A stretch of 64,000 nt of DNA. It comes from Piromyces finnis finn (lineage: Eukaryota > Fungi > Neocallimastigomycota). This document shows, piece by piece, positions 60,676-64,000 of the stretch. The stretch's first letter is position 1, and each line of letters begins with the position of its first letter. The stretch spans positions 62,001 to 126,000 of the forward strand of contig MCFH01000055.1 in the NCBI GenBank assembly GCA_002104945.1. Direction: 5' to 3'. The position numbers were made by a program, and so were the translations under genes. The notes below the pieces were generated by a model, which was not told the DNA's origin, did not search any database, and saw nothing but the letters and a program-made list of their open reading frames with translations.

Positions 60676-61086
60676 AAAGTTCTAATCTTAGTAAATTTCT
60701 TTTCTAGAAAAAGATTAGAAGAAAAGATTAAAAAAGTTTCGATTGATAATCTATTCTTATCAATCATTATATATTTTCTATTGAAATATAAACAAATCTA
60801 TTTTTAAAACTAAGTTAAAATTATTAAGCTATTCTAAATTTAAATAAAAAAGTATAATCTATTATAAAAGTATTTAAAATATTTGAATTTAATTAAAATT
60901 CTTTTATTCCTTAAATTTAAATATTTATCTTAATTTAATTTTAATGGAATTATTATAAAATAATTTACTATTAAATTAATCTATAAAATTTATTCTAAAA
61001 AAACAATTTTACTAAATATTAATTTATTATTTAATAATTAATTGTTAATTATTAAATAATCTAAAGATATATATTATATCTTTACA

Positions 61087-61360
61087 GAAATATTCTCAAA
61101 GAAATTTTCAATTTCAACAAACCAATTACCATTTTCATAGATAATTTATCAAGCAAAACAGCAATTGAAAATGGTCACTTAAATTCAAAATTAAAACATA
61201 TAGATATAAAATATCATTTTAACAAAGATAATATAAAAAATAAAAAGATAACTCTTGAATACTTGAATATGTTCACACAACTAAAATGCTTGCTAACGAT
61301 TAACCAAAGATGTGAATAGTTAAAAAATGTATAACTTTACAAACCAAATATTTAATAAAT
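61087..61360 (+). pseudogene. pol: Ty1/copia RNase H C-terminal relic
   Basis: PITIFIDNLSSKTAIENGHLNSKLKHIDIKYHF, then frameshifted MLA..TK. Confidence 0.8.
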
Positions 61361-62179
61361 GAAATATTTGATTTGAGGACTATTAACAACCAGAAGAATT
61401 AAATTTATATTATTAATTTGCTTTATTGTTCTAAAAACCTATCAATTTATGTATTTGTATTAATTTAATGTATTTGTATTAAATATTTAGTAGTCTAGAA
61501 TCAAGCCACAAACTGTATATTTTAAATAAAAAAAAAATTAGCTTACATTGTATTTTTTTTATATTCAATTATCTTATTTTGGACTTTTAAAGAAAAATTA
61601 ACATATTTTTTATTTCTTTTTCGTAAATTATATTTTCCCTTTTTTATTATAATTTCTTGATTCATATTTAATAATGAAAATGATGATATATATATTATAT
61701 ATTATTATAATTTTGCTTTTACTAATTATTATAAGTAGTTTAGTACTTTTTTTTTTTTATTTAATGAAAAAATTAATATTAAAAGTATAATAAAAAAAAA
61801 AAAAAAAGTTGAGATATTTTTTTCTAATCATATTAATTAGTTTCATTTTAATTTATTTATTTTGTTTTTTTGATTGATATTAAAATTAATGTATTTTGTT
61901 TTATATATATATATATACTAATTATTTTTTTTATTAAAAAAAAAAAAAGGATAATATATAAAGTTATTTATATTATATATTGTTCATTTTTAATTGTTGT
62001 ATGTTATATTTATTTATGTTATACGATTTTTGATTAATATTTTAAATACTTATTTTTATTTTTAAACATATTCACATTTAAGAAATGATTTTTATTTTTT
62101 ATTTTTGTAAAATTATTTTGAATATATAATAATGGTTTTTGATGCTTTATAAAAAATTAATATAAATCTAAGATTATAT

Positions 62180-62651
62180 TTATTCTTCTTTTATTTCATT
62201 TTCCCAACAACGAATAGTATTATCATCTGAGGCAGAAACTAATAGGTTTTTTGTTGGATGCCATGCAACACTATTAACTGAAGCTGTATGTCCTGATAAC
62301 GAACTAATTAAGCATCCCTTTTTACGATTCCAAATATATACCTTATAATCTTTCATAATATTTTTTTAACAATATTAATTAATAAAATTAAAAAAAAAAA
62401 AAAAAAAGAAAAAATATAAATATTATAAAAAATAAAATAAAATATTTTAAAGTTATTGAATTCAAAGAATATTATTAATGTAATATGTTGATTGTATATT
62501 TTGATTAGTCATTAATCTACCTTCACTTCCACTGGCTATAAAAGTTTGGTTTAAACCACCAAAACAAGATCGTATAACAAATCTTCCTTGTTTTTGCCCA
62601 GAATATTTTTGCACAATTCGTTGTTCTTCTAAATCCCATAAATGAATTTCC

Positions 62652-62694
<43 letters not shown>

Positions 62695-63890
62695 TTTTAA
62701 ATAAAAAATAATTAATAAATAAATTATATTAATAATAAATTTATATTTTTATTATTTTAGCGGATGAAATTTATATAAATTTTCATTTTAAATAAAAATA
62801 TTTTTATTAATGATAAACATTACCTGTATAGCACGTAAATTAAGAAGAGCATATCTTGAATCATTGGATAAATATAATGATGTGATAAAATCAGTTTCTT
62901 GTATTGAACTTTTTTATAATAACCATTATAATTTACACCATTTTATAATTATAATAAGTTTATATAAATAAAAAAATGTATTAATATTATAATATTAATG
63001 CCATTTTACATTCTGATATTGTAATGATTTTATAAAATATTTCTATATCAATTTTATATAAGTTACTTTATTTCATCTCCTGTTTCAACATTAAAAATTC
63101 GGATTTTCTTTTCATAACAGATAGTAACTAAACGAGTTCCATCTTTAGAAATGGCTATATCTGTAACTCTTGAACTTGGATATTGATGTAATATTTTTCC
63201 ATCTACATTCTATTATGTTAGTTTTTATGTATTATTTATTTTATTTATTAATATTTAATATTGTTAAATATATATATATATATATATAAAATTTAAGCAA
63301 ATATTAAAATATTACCCATAAATATAAACATTTATCTAAACTTCCAGATACAAACTTAGTACCACATGGTAGCCAAGCACAAGAAGTTACACCTTCAGTA
63401 TGTTCTTCATATGTATGAATTAAGCTTTCATTCTATAATTTATAATAATTATTAATTTATGTAGTATTATAATATTATAATTAATTTTTATACATCAACA
63501 AATTTGAAAATAATAACTTACAATTATATCCCACAATTTAATAGTTTTATCATTTGAACATGTTAAAAGTTGGGTTCCATCTGGGCTCCAATACATATTT
63601 GATATCGCATCAGTATGACCATATAATCTATATTTTAATTGGAAAGACTTTTAATTGCAATAAAATTAATATATAAATATTAAATAATTTTAATTAAAAT
63701 AATGATTTCTTTATTTTAAATGTATTTAGTGTTTAATATTTTTATTTTATTTACTGTAGTATCCCATATAATGGTAGTGGAATCTTTTGAACCTGATGCT
63801 AGATATTTACCGTTAGGTGAAAAACAAACATTCCATACTTCATCACTGTGTCCATTTAATATATGTGTTGTCACCTTTGGTAGATTTTCT
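62180..63890 (-). CDS. WDR26: WDR26/GID7-like WD40 protein, 3' part; exons 63755-63890, 63522-63647, 63316-63432, 63067-63209, 62824-62908, 62521-62650, 62180-62349; continues beyond the window
   Basis: GT-AG introns with compatible phases; GHSDEVWNVCFSPNGKYLASGSKDSTTIIW and IHLWDL..KYSGQKQGRFVIRSCFGG..FIASGSEDYKVYIW..GHTASVNSVAWHP resemble the WDR26/Gid7 C-terminus. Confidence 0.88.
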
Positions 63891-64000
63891 CTATTATTTA
63901 TTTATATTTTGAAAAAAAAAAAAAAAAATTAATATAATCTTTCTTAAAATCCAAATAATAATTATTATATAATATAAAATATATCCCATTTACAAACCTC

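Larger units (their letters stand above)
58442..60780. mobile_element. Family L LTR split by a ~1.9-kb insertion (L parts 58442-58770 and 60676-60780)
   Basis: Both parts are collinear with the reverse complement of 54445-55071. Confidence 0.7.

Noticed and set aside
63720-63932. 70-aa plus-strand ORF
   Set aside because: Antisense to a WDR26-like exon

Overview
Extremely AT-rich eukaryotic DNA, consistent with an anaerobic gut fungus (Neocallimastigomycota); the taxon is an inference from composition and intron style. Bases 1 to ~61,400 form a nested retrotransposon island built around six tRNA genes: Gly-TCC, Arg-TCT x2, Met-CAT, Glu-TTC and Trp-CCA. It holds four largely complete Ty3/Gypsy elements (working labels A, F, J, G), about 20 solo or partial LTRs (many with exact target-site duplications, TSDs), a probable tRNA-derived SINE, copia relics and a long inverted-repeat element. 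The last ~2 kb carry the 3' exons of a host WDR26/GID7-like WD40 gene. Key points: (1) Families A and F insert 11-14 bp upstream of tRNA genes. (2) The family G LTR carries a tRNA-Gln-like A-box/B-box cassette, and F and A sequences sit upstream of it at the spacing seen at real tRNA genes, suggesting an LTR-borne tRNA decoy or landing pad. (3) F, J and G have Tf1-type self-priming sites instead of a tRNA primer-binding site (PBS). (4) A and J share an in-frame U-UUA-AAC -1 frameshift site. Family letters are my own labels, and all alignments and coordinates were read by eye.
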